A stretch of DNA of 24,000 bases from Cyanobacteria bacterium MAG CAR3_bin_5 (GTDB lineage Bacteria > Cyanobacteriota > Cyanobacteriia > PCC-6307 > Cyanobiaceae), in NCBI GenBank assembly GCA_026709085.1, contig JAPOTR010000048.1, forward strand, positions 1 through 24,000, read 5' to 3'. How positions within the stretch are numbered: position 1 is the stretch's first letter; each line of letters opens with the position of its first letter. The position numbers and the translations under genes were made by a program. Of this stretch, positions 23,617 to 24,000 are shown piece by piece. The notes under the pieces are model-generated. The model worked only from the letters and a program-made list of their open reading frames with translations. It did no database searches and was not told the DNA's origin.

Positions 23617-24000
23617 ATGAGGTCTCTCATTCGCTCACTCCAATCGATTGGAAAACCTCTGGGAACTTCAGACTCGCCACCGACTGCACGATGGGCCTGG
23701 CTACTTGGCATCGCCCTTGCTTCCGGCCTGCTGCTTAGACTGGTCAGGGTCTCCCTCAACCATGGAGTATATGATCACGATATTGATACTTTCCTGTATA
23801 TGGCATGGCGGCTTCTGGAGGGAAATTTACTATTCATTGATCATTACGATTCAAAGTTTCCAATTGTTCAATATCTTTATGTGCCTTCTTTTCTTAGTGG
23901 AAGCATCTTTGGTCATCGTCTGGTCACTTTTGCAGTGGCTACAGCGACAGCGTTACTGTTCTATCGCTGTCTCCGATCTCTACAGCAGCTTGGCTTTCTG
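23617..24000 (+). CDS. partial (5' end) polytopic membrane protein, possibly a GT-C-type/DUF2029-like glycosyltransferase
   Basis: The hand-translated ORF is open from the ATG at 23617 to the window end: MRSLIRS...RWAWLLGIALASGLLLRLVRV...YDHDIDTFLYMAWRLLEGNLLFIDHYDSKFPIVQYLYVPSF... It is not in the ORF track, presumably because it has no stop within the window. The function is a weak guess. Confidence 0.5.
   Translation, partial: MRSLIRSLQSIGKPLGTSDSPPTARWAWLLGIALASGLLLRLVRVSLNHGVYDHDIDTFLYMAWRLLEGNLLFIDHYDSKFPIVQYLYVPSFLSGSIFGHRLVTFAVATATALLFYRCLRSLQQLGFL

Noticed and set aside
1-24000. CRISPR arrays, tRNA/rRNA genes, HIP1 (GCGATCGC) repeats
   Set aside because: No spaced direct-repeat array, no tRNA-like T-arm/acceptor pattern and no exact HIP1 copies were seen on visual inspection.

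Overview
This is a high-GC bacterial chromosomal segment whose gene content looks cyanobacterial, probably Synechococcus/Cyanobium-like; that assignment is an inference from gene families, not a search result. Well-supported core genes are trpB, gcvT, an SDR/NAD(P)H-binding protein, an exbB-exbD-exbD-tonB operon, moaE, a two-domain cob(I)alamin adenosyltransferase, a Ycf52-like GNAT, a TIGR04283-like GT2, a DUF4177-like ORF, a DUF2064/TIGR04282-like protein, htrA, dnaA, an Rrf2 regulator, ubiD and comB. By eye (GC not computed), this backbone is interrupted by AT-richer accessory patches. (1) 1-2004 holds a DUF262/DUF1524 GmrSD-like defence gene directly downstream of trpB. (2) 10800-13670 holds a minus-strand cassette of glycine-rich membrane protein, D12-class DNA methyltransferase and NotI-like endonuclease. 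ATGA stop/start overlaps join the three genes, and the endonuclease is inactivated by one in-frame TAG and at least one frameshift. (3) 18940-20640, downstream of dnaA, holds a degraded IS982-like transposase and a low-GC lipoprotein gene whose 5' end carries a G10/C10 homopolymer that puts the only ATG out of frame. (4) From about 23760 to the window end, an abrupt GC drop occurs inside a partial membrane-protein ORF. I found no rRNA, tRNA or CRISPR array. Many long ORFs in the six-frame track are antisense shadows typical of high-GC DNA and were rejected.
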